DNA of 34,677 nucleotides from a virus. Numbering within the stretch: the stretch's first letter is position 1; every line of letters starts with the position of its first letter. The translations under genes and the position numbers were made by a program. Shown piece after piece: positions 1-8,259 of this stretch. Below the pieces are notes generated by a model. It saw only the letters and a list, made by a program, of their open reading frames with translations. It was not told where the DNA came from and did not search any database. Where the stretch lies: IMG/VR virus record IMGVR_UViG_3300010260_000001, one strand, 5' to 3'.

Positions 1-406
1 GCAGACCAAAGCCAAAGAGGTAATGAACACAATGCTTACGAATATCGTAACGATTGTAAAAGAAACGCCTGCTAAAATCTGGAACAGCATAGTAGGAGCA
101 GTTACCAAAGTGGCTACGTGGGGTACGAATATGCTTACGAAAGCCAAAGAGGTAATGAATACAATGGTAACGGGCATTGTTACTATCGTAAAGGAAGTAC
201 CGCAGAAAATCTGGAACAGCATAGTAGGAGCAGTTACCAAAGTGGCTACGTGGGGTACGAATATGCTTACGAAAGCCAAAGAGGTAATGAATACAATGGT
301 AACGAGCATTGTTACGATTGTTAAGGAAATACCGCAAAAGATTTATAACAGCATTTCTGGTGCAATTACCAAAGTGGCTACATGGGGTACAGAAGTAAAG
401 AACAAA
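1..406 (+). repeat. 132-nt (44-aa) in-frame tandem repeats inside the tape measure gene
   Basis: gccaaagagg recurs at 11, 143 and 275 (period 132). Copies become degenerate after about 406. The array continues upstream across the junction (see 34374..34677). Confidence 0.85.
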
Positions 407-928
407 GCCGTAGAGGGCATGAAAAATGTAATTACTGGAATAACAGACGTATTTAAGGATATTGGCAGTACGTTTGCTGGGTTCGGTAAAAATATGGTAG
501 AGGGCATCTGGAATGGTATAAAAGGTGCGACACAGTGGATAAAGGACAAAATAAGCGGCTGGGTAGGAAATGTTACCGACTTCCTTAAGAATTTATTTGG
601 AATTGCCAGCCCGTCTAAGCTGATGCGTGACGAAATCGGCGTATATCTGGCGCAAGGTATCGGGGTTGGTTTTTCTGATGAAATCGGCGGCGTAAAGAAA
701 ATGATTGAGGATAGCGTACCGCAGGAGTTCGACGTAGGCGCAAAAGTAAATGTAAATAAAGACATTGATTTTAACGACGACGGAACGCCGAAGAAACCAA
801 AGCCAAAGGGCAGCGGTGCAGCAGGCGGCGTAACGGTTATTCAGAATATTTACGCAAATACCACAGATTATGCGAAACAGCAGAAAGAGGCAGCCCGCCA
901 GTTTAGAATGATTGCAAGGACGGTGTAG
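1..928 (+). CDS. tail tape measure protein, C-terminal part; continues 32563..34677 across the circular junction (codon phase starts at base 2)
   Basis: Same reading frame as 32563..34677 once the 88-bp terminal duplication is collapsed. It lies directly upstream of the distal tail protein. Joined ORF is 984 aa with repeated KIWNSIVGAVTKVATWG motifs. Confidence 0.85.
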   Translation, partial: QTKAKEVMNTMLTNIVTIVKETPAKIWNSIVGAVTKVATWGTNMLTKAKEVMNTMVTGIVTIVKEVPQKIWNSIVGAVTKVATWGTNMLTKAKEVMNTMVTSIVTIVKEIPQKIYNSISGAITKVATWGTEVKNKAVEGMKNVITGITDVFKDIGSTFAGFGKNMVEGIWNGIKGATQWIKDKISGWVGNVTDFLKNLFGIASPSKLMRDEIGVYLAQGIGVGFSDEIGGVKKMIEDSVPQEFDVGAKVNVNKDIDFNDDGTPKKPKPKGSGAAGGVTVIQNIYANTTDYAKQQKEAARQFRMIARTV

Positions 929-931
929 CGC

Positions 932-1819
932 ATGGAAAATGAAAAACTAACTTTTATAAATTCAAGGGGAGAAAGCGTAGAGCTGGGAACAGACAGCGTT
1001 TACCACTGCAATATAAGCAAGGACGTAGAGGGAATTTCTGGCGTTACGAGCGTAATTTACAGCACAAACAGCATGGGGCAGCACGGCGACACATACGTAG
1101 GGCAGCGCATAGAGGCGAGGGACATAGATATAGTGGGACATATCAATACACGGGACAAGGCGCAGGCATTGGAACTGCGCCGCCGTATGCTTAAGATATT
1201 TAACCCAGAGCTTAGCGCTACACTGGTTTATGAGTACGGCAGCTTTAAGCGTGTGATTGATTGCAGGGCGTATGGAGAACCTAAGATACTAAAGAAACAG
1301 GTACTTTATGAGTTTGATTTACAAATAGAGTGCCTTAACCCGTTCTGGCGGGAAGAGGAAGAAACAAAAGAGGATATAGCAAGCTGGGTGGCTGCGTGGC
1401 ATTTTCCTTGCGTTATCGAAAAGGATAGCACAAAGAGCATGATATACGGATACCGAGCAGAAAGCGTAATAGTGGACTGCTACAACGAGGGCGACGTATC
1501 AACAGGAATGAGGATAAGGTTTACAGCATTGGGGACAGTTTCAAACCCTATACTGCTTAATGTGGATACCGAGGAATTTATACAGATTAACGCCACCATG
1601 AAAACGGGCGACGTGATAGAAATTAACACGAAGTACGGCAGCAAGGGCGCTAAACTGATAAGGGACGGCGTAGAAAGTGACTATTTCCGCTATATCGACG
1701 TAGACAGTACATTTATGCAACTTGCCATAGGAGATAACAATTTTAGATATGATGCAGCCAGCGGCGTAAATTCTCTGGAAGTATCCATATTCTACAGTAA
1801 GGAATTTTTAGGAGTGTGA
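932..1819 (+). CDS. distal tail protein (Dit, siphovirus tail component family)
   Basis: 295-aa ORF immediately after the tape measure gene. N-terminal pattern is typical of Sipho_tail-type proteins. Assignment rests on synteny. Confidence 0.7.
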   Translation: MENEKLTFINSRGESVELGTDSVYHCNISKDVEGISGVTSVIYSTNSMGQHGDTYVGQRIEARDIDIVGHINTRDKAQALELRRRMLKIFNPELSATLVYEYGSFKRVIDCRAYGEPKILKKQVLYEFDLQIECLNPFWREEEETKEDIASWVAAWHFPCVIEKDSTKSMIYGYRAESVIVDCYNEGDVSTGMRIRFTALGTVSNPILLNVDTEEFIQINATMKTGDVIEINTKYGSKGAKLIRDGVESDYFRYIDVDSTFMQLAIGDNNFRYDAASGVNSLEVSIFYSKEFLGV

Positions 1820-1823
1820 CGGT

Positions 1824-2978
1824 ATGGAGCTTAGAGTATTCGATAAGACGGTACAGCCACTGGGGACTATTGACGAGCTGGCAAGCCTGCTATGGCATAC
1901 AAAGTATTTTGATGTGGGAACTTTTAGCCTGCTTGCACCGATTACAGACAATAACAGTAGTTTGCTGGTTGAGGGCAATATATTAACCAAACACGACGGA
2001 AGAAAAGAGGTAAAAACAGCAGACGGCGGCACATGGCGCAGGGCTGCACAGATTACATATGTACACATTACAAAAGACGAGAACGGGTTAGAGCAGTTAG
2101 AGGCACAGGGCTATATGCTTAGCTGGTGGCTTAATAAGCGCTGCATTTATCCGCAGATTATAGAAACGGGGACAAACCAGTATCTTATAAACCTTATGGT
2201 AAAAAACAACTGCGGCAGCGGGGCAAGCGCAAAGCGGCGTTTTCCGTTGTTTGTGTTTCTGGTACAGGAAACAATAGACGGCGTGGCGGTTGAGTATGCA
2301 AACGAGGTATACGCACAACTGGGGCAGGAAGTAAAGGCAAGGGCGCAGGCTGGTAAGTTGGGTTACGATATTCTGATTAACGAAAGAGAGCGAAAGTTTG
2401 GCTTTTATCTGTATAAGGGCAACGACCTTACAGCCACAAATACCGAGGGTAACACGCCTTGCATATTTTCAAGAGATTTTGATAATGTCAACGAGCAGGA
2501 ATATACAGCCAGTATAGAAAACTGCGGCAATTTTATTTATGTGCAGGGAGCAGCAGACGACGACGGCAGCCAGCCAGTAACGACAGTAGACGGAGAGGGA
2601 GCAACAGGGCTGGATTTAGTAGAGGTATTCTGCGACGCTACGGACATTGCCAGAAAGTACCAGCAGGGGGAAACAGAGGCAACAATACCACTGAATACCT
2701 ATATTGCAATGCTGAAAACGAGAGGCAGCGCAGAGCTGGAAAACTACGGAAAGAACATAAATTTTGTAAGTACCATAAATACAAATTCAAACTTGAAATT
2801 TAAGGCTGATTTTGATTTAGGCGACCGTATTACTTGTAAAGAAACCAAGTGGGGCATACAGATAGACGCACGTATTACAGAAGTAACAGAAACATACCAG
2901 AAAGGCGAGGAAACCATAGAGGCGACTTTTGGCGACAGCCTGCCGACACTGGTAGACCAGATTAGGAAAGTGAGGTAG
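1824..2978 (+). CDS. tail protein, Gp37-like / tail-associated (Tal position)
   Basis: 384-aa ORF after Dit. N-terminus MELRVFDK..G.IDE..SL.W...Y.DVG.FSL resembles siphovirus Gp37-like proteins. Confidence 0.55.
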   Translation: MELRVFDKTVQPLGTIDELASLLWHTKYFDVGTFSLLAPITDNNSSLLVEGNILTKHDGRKEVKTADGGTWRRAAQITYVHITKDENGLEQLEAQGYMLSWWLNKRCIYPQIIETGTNQYLINLMVKNNCGSGASAKRRFPLFVFLVQETIDGVAVEYANEVYAQLGQEVKARAQAGKLGYDILINERERKFGFYLYKGNDLTATNTEGNTPCIFSRDFDNVNEQEYTASIENCGNFIYVQGAADDDGSQPVTTVDGEGATGLDLVEVFCDATDIARKYQQGETEATIPLNTYIAMLKTRGSAELENYGKNINFVSTINTNSNLKFKADFDLGDRITCKETKWGIQIDARITEVTETYQKGEETIEATFGDSLPTLVDQIRKVR

Positions 2979-2983
2979 CAGAA

Positions 2984-4120
2984 ATGGCAAACAGCTTACC
3001 GTTTAATGCCGTGGCAGTAGACGGAGAGTACGACAGGGTATATAAAGCCGAGGATTGGGCGTGGTACTTTGCTACTTTCATTGCAAACGGCATTTTTCCA
3101 AAGCCGAGCGACGGGCTACAGGTGGTAGCTTACAGCGGCATGGAAATAAGAGTAAATGCAGGCTATGCCTTTATAAACGGCTACGCCTTTAGAAATCCTG
3201 CAACGCTTAGCGTAACACTGGATACGGCAGAGGGAGCGCTTAACAGGGTGGACAGGGTAGTAGTTCGCTGGGATTTGCCGCAAAGAGATATGTATATTGC
3301 GGTGCTGAAAGGCACACCGTCTGCAAAGCCGACAGCAACGGCAGTAACCCGCACTACGGAAATATGGGAGCTTGCGCTTGCAGATATTTACGTAGGCAAG
3401 GGCGTAACAAGGATACAGACGCAGAATATCACAGACCAGCGGTTTAATAGTGCAGTCTGCGGTATCGTGACGGGGACGGTGGAAGAGATAGACGCAAGCG
3501 TGCTTACAAAGCAGTTTACGGACTTTTTCAACACCTACAGCGCAGCCGTGCTGGACGAGTTCAGCGCATATAAGCAGAACATGGAAAAGTACCTTACAGA
3601 GATTGCGGGCGTATATGACAGCTACGTAAGCAAGACAGAGGGCTTATTTGCACAGTATGAGAGCCAGTTTAACGAAAGGTACAGCAGTTTTGAAAGCACG
3701 CTTGACAACTGGGACAAGGAACTTTTAAGCGCCTATACAGACTTTATGGCAAAAATTAAGCTATTCCAGTCGGACGCTGAAAACGAATTTAACACATGGT
3801 TTGAGAGTATCAAGGACAAGCTGGGCGAGGACATAGCAGGCAGCCTGCAACTGCAAATTGAAGAGCTGGCAGCAGCAATGCAGGAAGTGAAAAAGCAGGC
3901 AGAGGCAGGCACGAAAGAAACCAAAGAGGCAATAGCAGCGCTGGACGAGCGGCTTAAGAGAGTAGAAAGCGGCTGGGGCATTGACTATAAGCATGACGCT
4001 GTATTGGGTTTGTGCTATATGGGTGCAGCATACATGAGCCAGCATTACGAAAGAACAGTAGAAACGGCAGTGTTAGGGGCTACCTACGTGGGTAATTCCT
4101 ATCTTGCAAATACATTTTAG
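2984..4120 (+). CDS. tail fibre / baseplate structural protein with a coiled-coil region; family not securely recognised
   Basis: 378-aa ORF in the tail tip module. The central segment is rich in heptad-like E/K/Q/L stretches. It follows the recurring gaaagtgaggta ribosome-binding motif. Confidence 0.45.
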   Translation: MANSLPFNAVAVDGEYDRVYKAEDWAWYFATFIANGIFPKPSDGLQVVAYSGMEIRVNAGYAFINGYAFRNPATLSVTLDTAEGALNRVDRVVVRWDLPQRDMYIAVLKGTPSAKPTATAVTRTTEIWELALADIYVGKGVTRIQTQNITDQRFNSAVCGIVTGTVEEIDASVLTKQFTDFFNTYSAAVLDEFSAYKQNMEKYLTEIAGVYDSYVSKTEGLFAQYESQFNERYSSFESTLDNWDKELLSAYTDFMAKIKLFQSDAENEFNTWFESIKDKLGEDIAGSLQLQIEELAAAMQEVKKQAEAGTKETKEAIAALDERLKRVESGWGIDYKHDAVLGLCYMGAAYMSQHYERTVETAVLGATYVGNSYLANTF

Positions 4121-4134
4121 AAAGGCGGCAGACC

Positions 4135-4572
4135 ATGAAAGGATTTCCTAAAGTATTAAAGACAAAAGAGGACTATTACAACTGCCTTGCTATGGTAGCA
4201 AGCGGAGAACTGGCAGCAGCAGACTTACTGGCAAAAATCGAGAGTGCAGAGAACCAGCGCTATATTGAGTGCGGCGTAGCAGCTGTAGAGGAAGAGAAAA
4301 AGGCGGTTACGGTATATTACTGCGACGAGGCAACAGTAGGTATGAAATTTGTAGCAGGCGACGTATCCGGTACGGTGCAGGGAGTAACGCATATCCAGAC
4401 AGACGAGGCAGCGGCAGCAGGAGAGGCAGGAAACGACAGAACAGCCCTTACACTTTCCAAAGCGGTAAAAGCGGGCTGCAAGGTAATTGCGCTGGAACGC
4501 ACAGACACCGTGGCAGGAATGACAACAGACGACATTGCAGCACTGAAAGGAGTATTAAAGCAGTATGAGTAG
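4135..4572 (+). CDS. hypothetical tail-module protein
   Basis: 145-aa ORF. Its stop overlaps the start of the DGR target gene, which suggests translational coupling. Confidence 0.5.
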   Translation: MKGFPKVLKTKEDYYNCLAMVASGELAAADLLAKIESAENQRYIECGVAAVEEEKKAVTVYYCDEATVGMKFVAGDVSGTVQGVTHIQTDEAAAAGEAGNDRTALTLSKAVKAGCKVIALERTDTVAGMTTDDIAALKGVLKQYE

Positions 4573-5707
4573 ATTATTAGTGGACGACGTTACAAAGACC
4601 GACGCAAGGGCGCTTTTGAACGTAAATAAAATGGCTACAATCAGCGATATTGTAGCACCGAGTAATGAGTACATTTACGCCAGCGGAGCAAATGAGCTGA
4701 CCGTAGTAGAGGGTTGCGTAATTGCTGTGGGCGGCGCTGGAATTTTCAAGACAGCAAATACAATTCTTACGGCTGCTAATCTGGACGCAGGCAGCGCTTT
4801 TGCGGTAGGTAAAGACTATTACGTATATATCTGCGACAGCAGAATTGACAGCGCAGACGAGAAATACGTAATTTCCCTTAACTCTACATACCCGACAGGT
4901 TGGAACGCTACAAACAGCCGTAAAATTGGCGGCTTTCATTATGGACGCTGCCGCAAGGTGGACAGCAATTTGCAGCCGCTTAATGGCAGCAGTGTTATTT
5001 TTGGCACTGGCTGGGAAAGTGCAGTAAGCAACGGCATTGTACCACGTTCTGTATGGACACTGGGACACCGCCCGAAATGCAGCCCAGAGGGTATGGTATA
5101 TTTAGGCGGCGGTACATGGGTAGATATTTACCTTAATTCTGACGACGGGGCAAAGGGCTTGAAATCAGAGTACGGCTGCGCACCTATGACGGGTACAGAA
5201 AGCATGAACTGGTACAACTTTGTAGAGCGTCTGGCAAAGAGCGGTAAGCGTCTGCCGAACTATGCGGAGTTTTGCGCCTATGCTTTTGGCAGCCCTGCCG
5301 GACTGGATAACGCAAATACAAACGCATGGAGCGCCACCAGCAATACAGGCAGAGGCGTAACAGGCAGCGTGGTAAATGCCGTTTCTTCCGTGGGCGTTGT
5401 AGATGCCGTGGGGCGTGTCTGGGAGTGGCTGGACGAGCTTATTACAAGAGCAGAACACGCCACAAATGCAGACTACCACGCAAGCGTAGCGTGGGGCTGG
5501 GACAAGAAAAGCCCATTGAACACAGGCGAGAAGCCTTACGACGTTGGTAACATTTACCAGTATTACGCATATTCTCTGGCGGCGCTGATGGCGGGCGGCA
5601 ACTGGAGCAATGGGGCGAGTTGCGGCGCTCGTGCCGTGAGTTGCGCCAGCTACCCGTGGTATGTCGATGCGAGCGGTGGCGCTCGTGGGGCGTGTGACTC
5701 TCTGTAG
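4565..5707 (+). CDS. DGR target protein: putative receptor-binding tail protein with a C-terminal C-type lectin / FGE-sulfatase-like fold carrying the variable repeat
   Basis: 380 aa. Motifs RLPNYAEF and GRVWEWLDE are typical of the CLec/FGE fold. The last ~42 codons (5574..5699) match the template repeat with adenine-specific differences. Confidence 0.9.
   Translation: MSRLLVDDVTKTDARALLNVNKMATISDIVAPSNEYIYASGANELTVVEGCVIAVGGAGIFKTANTILTAANLDAGSAFAVGKDYYVYICDSRIDSADEKYVISLNSTYPTGWNATNSRKIGGFHYGRCRKVDSNLQPLNGSSVIFGTGWESAVSNGIVPRSVWTLGHRPKCSPEGMVYLGGGTWVDIYLNSDDGAKGLKSEYGCAPMTGTESMNWYNFVERLAKSGKRLPNYAEFCAYAFGSPAGLDNANTNAWSATSNTGRGVTGSVVNAVSSVGVVDAVGRVWEWLDELITRAEHATNADYHASVAWGWDKKSPLNTGEKPYDVGNIYQYYAYSLAALMAGGNWSNGASCGARAVSCASYPWYVDASGGARGACDSL
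5574..5699 (+). repeat. DGR variable repeat (VR), 126 nt, ending 5 nt before the target gene stop codon
   Basis: Ungapped alignment to 6135..6260 gives 113/126 identities. Twelve of the 13 mismatches fall at TR adenines. Confidence 0.92.
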
Positions 5708-5708
5708 A

Positions 5709-5729
5709 CGGCGGGCGAAAGCCCAGCCG
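5709..5729 (+). promoter_or_regulatory. GC-rich hairpin with a GAAA tetraloop just downstream of VR (candidate DGR target-recognition hairpin)
   Basis: cggcgggc-gaaa-gccc(a)gccg forms an 8-bp stem with one bulged A. It starts 10 nt after the end of VR homology. Confidence 0.6.
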
Positions 5730-5747
5730 GATAAACGGGGGTAAGGC

Positions 5748-6104
5748 ATGGACATACAGACAAAAACAGATATTATACACCAGAAAATATACGATTTTCT
5801 GCTATATATCTATCCTCTGCTTACGAAGTACCCGAAGTATGAGAAATTCAGCTTACAGACGGCGACCAGAAACGCAATTCTTGAAATGCTGCAAGAGGTT
5901 ATAAAGTGGGATAAGACGGCAACGAAAAGCCACTTATACACGGTAGATACGGCATTGCAGGAAAGTAAAGAATTGCTGCGGCTGGCGCATGATTTGGAAT
6001 ATAGCGCCATGAACGCACGGCACTACGGCGAGAGCTGCCGCAAGCTGAAAGAAATAGGCGTTATGCTGGGAGAACTGATAGAAGAGGTAAAGACCAGAAA
6101 ATAG
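5748..6104 (+). CDS. avd: DGR accessory variability determinant (Avd, four-helix-bundle family)
   Basis: 118-aa basic helical protein lying between VR and TR. The motif YPLLTKYPKYEKFSL is typical of Avd-type four-helix-bundle proteins. Confidence 0.8.
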   Translation: MDIQTKTDIIHQKIYDFLLYIYPLLTKYPKYEKFSLQTATRNAILEMLQEVIKWDKTATKSHLYTVDTALQESKELLRLAHDLEYSAMNARHYGESCRKLKEIGVMLGELIEEVKTRK

Positions 6105-6134
6105 CAGGATATGGGGCAGCTGCTTACTTACAGC

Positions 6135-6260
6135 CTCTGGCGGCGCTGATAGCGGGCGGCAACTGGAACAATGGGGCGAATTGCGGCGCTCGTGCCGTGA
6201 ATTGCAACAACTACCCGTGGAATGTCAATACGAACATTGGCGCTCGTGGGGCGTGTGACT
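6135..6260 (+). repeat. DGR template repeat (TR), non-coding
   Basis: 126-nt repeat of the VR containing 26 adenines. Read in the VR frame it is rich in AAC/AAT codons. It sits between avd and the RT gene. Confidence 0.92.
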
Positions 6261-6430
6261 TAGTGAGAACATTACAGGCACAGAGTTCTACGGAATACTG
6301 GCAAGGACTTAGAAAAGGATAAGACCGAGTGTTTAATATCCTATAGTCAGAGCGGCTGTCCCGCCGTGAGGCAAAGAGAAAAAATACGGCTGCTGGTTAG
6401 TAGCTACGGCGAAAGGCAGGAGCTTAATAC
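6261..6430 (+). ncRNA. TR-to-RT spacer, probably part of the DGR template RNA
   Basis: 170-nt non-coding interval between TR and the RT start with no credible ORF. Assignment rests on the analogous position in the Bordetella phage BPP-1 DGR. Confidence 0.4.
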
Positions 6431-7492
6431 TTGAAGAGAGTAGGATACATTACCGATAAGGACGGGCGGCACATTACGCTTTTAGAGGCTATGGGCGACT
6501 ATGGAAACGTACAGAAAGCCTATAACAAAGCCAGAAAGTGTAAGCGCCACAGAAAAGACGTACTGATTTTTACGAAAGACAAAGAGGAAAACTTAGACAA
6601 GGTGCGGGAAGATATTCTAAACCTTGCCTATGAGCCGAGCGAATACCATTACTTTAAGGTGTACGAACCGAAAGAGCGGCAGATAATGGCGCTGCCGTTC
6701 TATGACAGGGTGGTACAGCACGCCATAAACAACGTGTTAGAGCCTATATTTGATAAGCGGTTTATATCGCAGTCTTACGCCTGCCGGAAAGGTAAAGGTA
6801 TGCATGCTGCATCTGATACATTAAAAGAGTGGCTGTATGAGTGGAACAAATACCACCCAGACCAGCCGCTTTATGCTATCAAGGCAGACATACACCATTA
6901 TTTCCAGAGCATAGACCATGCGATATTAAAGGCTGAAATACGTAAAGTTATAAAAGACGCTGGGGTACTGGCATTGCTGGACAGGATAATAGACCACAAC
7001 GGCAATATGCCGGACGGCGTAGGGATACCAGTAGGAAACCTTACCAGTCAGTTATTTGCAAATATCTATCTGGACGCATTAGACCAGTTTATTAAGCATG
7101 AGCTGGGCGTAGAGGCGTACATACGTTATATGGACGACTTTGTAATATTAAGCCCAGACAAGGAACAGCTGCGCAGCTGGCTTGCACGGATAGAGCAATT
7201 TTTAAGGGAAGAGCTTAAGTTAGAGTTTAACCCGAAAACTACCATACTGGCAGCAAAGAACGGTATAGACTTTGTAGGCTACAAACACAGGGCGACGCAC
7301 AGGAAAGTACGAAGGGACAGCATAAAGCGTATAAAGCGTACTATCAAGAAGTGCGAGAGCGGGAAAATCACAAAAGAGCAGTTACAAAAGAGTATACAGA
7401 GCTGGACGGGACACGCAGGACACGCCGACAGCTATAACCTACGAAAGAAAATAGAAACGCTGGCAGAGGCAGCCATAGAAAAGGCTGCTTAA
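6431..7492 (+). CDS. DGR reverse transcriptase
   Basis: 353 aa with a TTG start. RT motifs present: YACRKGKG, IKADIHHYFQSIDH, GIPVGNLTSQLFANIYL (the GxxxSQ motif characteristic of DGR RTs) and RYMDDFV. Confidence 0.95.
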   Translation: MKRVGYITDKDGRHITLLEAMGDYGNVQKAYNKARKCKRHRKDVLIFTKDKEENLDKVREDILNLAYEPSEYHYFKVYEPKERQIMALPFYDRVVQHAINNVLEPIFDKRFISQSYACRKGKGMHAASDTLKEWLYEWNKYHPDQPLYAIKADIHHYFQSIDHAILKAEIRKVIKDAGVLALLDRIIDHNGNMPDGVGIPVGNLTSQLFANIYLDALDQFIKHELGVEAYIRYMDDFVILSPDKEQLRSWLARIEQFLREELKLEFNPKTTILAAKNGIDFVGYKHRATHRKVRRDSIKRIKRTIKKCESGKITKEQLQKSIQSWTGHAGHADSYNLRKKIETLAEAAIEKAA

Positions 7493-7516
7493 GCGGCAAA
7501 ATGCAGGAGCGAGTAC

Positions 7517-7696
7517 ATGAGTAGCAATTTATTAAGGGTGGTACAGGAGCAACAGGAAACCATAGAAAAGCAAAGCAGGCTTATTGCTGATTTAATAGCC
7601 ACTCTGGAAAGCTGGGAGCAGACAGCGGGCTACGACGGCGCAGAGCTGAAAGAGCGGGCAGAAAATTTGCAATTAAGAGAAAGGCAGGATTTATGA
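7517..7696 (+). CDS. small coiled-coil protein (59 aa), hypothetical
   Basis: ATG at 7517. Its stop overlaps the holin ATG in an ATGA arrangement. Too short for the supplied ORF track. Confidence 0.35.
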   Translation: MSSNLLRVVQEQQETIEKQSRLIADLIATLESWEQTAGYDGAELKERAENLQLRERQDL

Positions 7697-8181
7697 ACAT
7701 GACTATTACAGAATTTATTGAGGCGGCGGCGCATAACAAAATTATCCAGCTGGTAGTATTGGCGATTGTGTGCGACACGGTTTTTGGTGTGCTGCGTGCA
7801 ATCAAAGAGAAGAAATTTAACAGCTGCGCAGGCATTGACGGGGCTATCAGAAAAGTAGGTATGCTTATTTCTCTGGTATTCATGCTGGCAATCGACGTAC
7901 TGATTAAGATTAACTTAATCGGATTTATACCGGAGCAGGCACGTACATATTTAGGGCTTGATACCGTGGGCGTGGCTGAATTTTTCGCACTGCTTTACAT
8001 TGCCTATGAGGTAGTAAGTATTTTTAAGAATATGGCATTATGCGGGCTGCCCGTAAAAAAGGTATGGGAAAAGGTGCGGGAGTTTCTGGCAAAGTATACG
8101 GACGAGCTGCCGGACACGGACGAACTGGACGGGGACAGCACCACAGGCAGCGTAGAGGAACACAAGACACAGGAAAGATAA
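7693..8181 (+). CDS. holin (Phage_holin_4 / toxin secretion-phage lysis holin type)
   Basis: 162 aa with several hydrophobic helices. Pattern D..FG.LRAIKEKKFNS..G..G..RK matches this family. It lies directly upstream of the endolysin. Confidence 0.75.
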   Translation: MNMTITEFIEAAAHNKIIQLVVLAIVCDTVFGVLRAIKEKKFNSCAGIDGAIRKVGMLISLVFMLAIDVLIKINLIGFIPEQARTYLGLDTVGVAEFFALLYIAYEVVSIFKNMALCGLPVKKVWEKVREFLAKYTDELPDTDELDGDSTTGSVEEHKTQER

Positions 8182-8206
8182 GGACAATAAGAACATAGCA
8201 ACAAAA

Positions 8207-8238
8207 AGCGCTTGCGGGACACCGCAGGCGCTTATTTT
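8207..8238 (+). terminator. terminator-like hairpin between holin and endolysin
   Basis: agcgcttgcgg-gaca-ccgcaggcgct forms an 11-bp stem with one G.U pair, followed by tatttt. Confidence 0.45.
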
Positions 8239-8259
8239 GTATGTGGAAAGGCGGGAAAT

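Noticed and set aside
1-406. Regularly spaced repeats considered as a possible CRISPR array (also 28652..28762)
   Set aside because: The repeats are directly abutting with no unique spacers. They are in frame within long ORFs and encode conserved peptide repeats, and no cas genes are present.
5165-5755. 196-aa minus-strand ORF and several overlapping alternative-frame ORFs (5278..5463, 5326..5550, 5442..5780)
   Set aside because: All overlap the DGR target gene. They have Arg/Cys-rich compositions typical of off-frame translation of GC-rich coding sequence.
6122-6134. Extension of TR/VR homology further upstream
   Set aside because: Similarity to 5561..5573 is only partial (ttac..a.a), and the mismatches are not at TR adenines. 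The repeat boundary is therefore kept at 6135/5574.
8212-8259. Upstream TTG start for the endolysin given by the ORF track
   Set aside because: The TTG lies inside the stem of the 8207..8238 hairpin and has no ribosome-binding site. The ATG at 8260 has a ggaaagg ribosome-binding site at suitable spacing.
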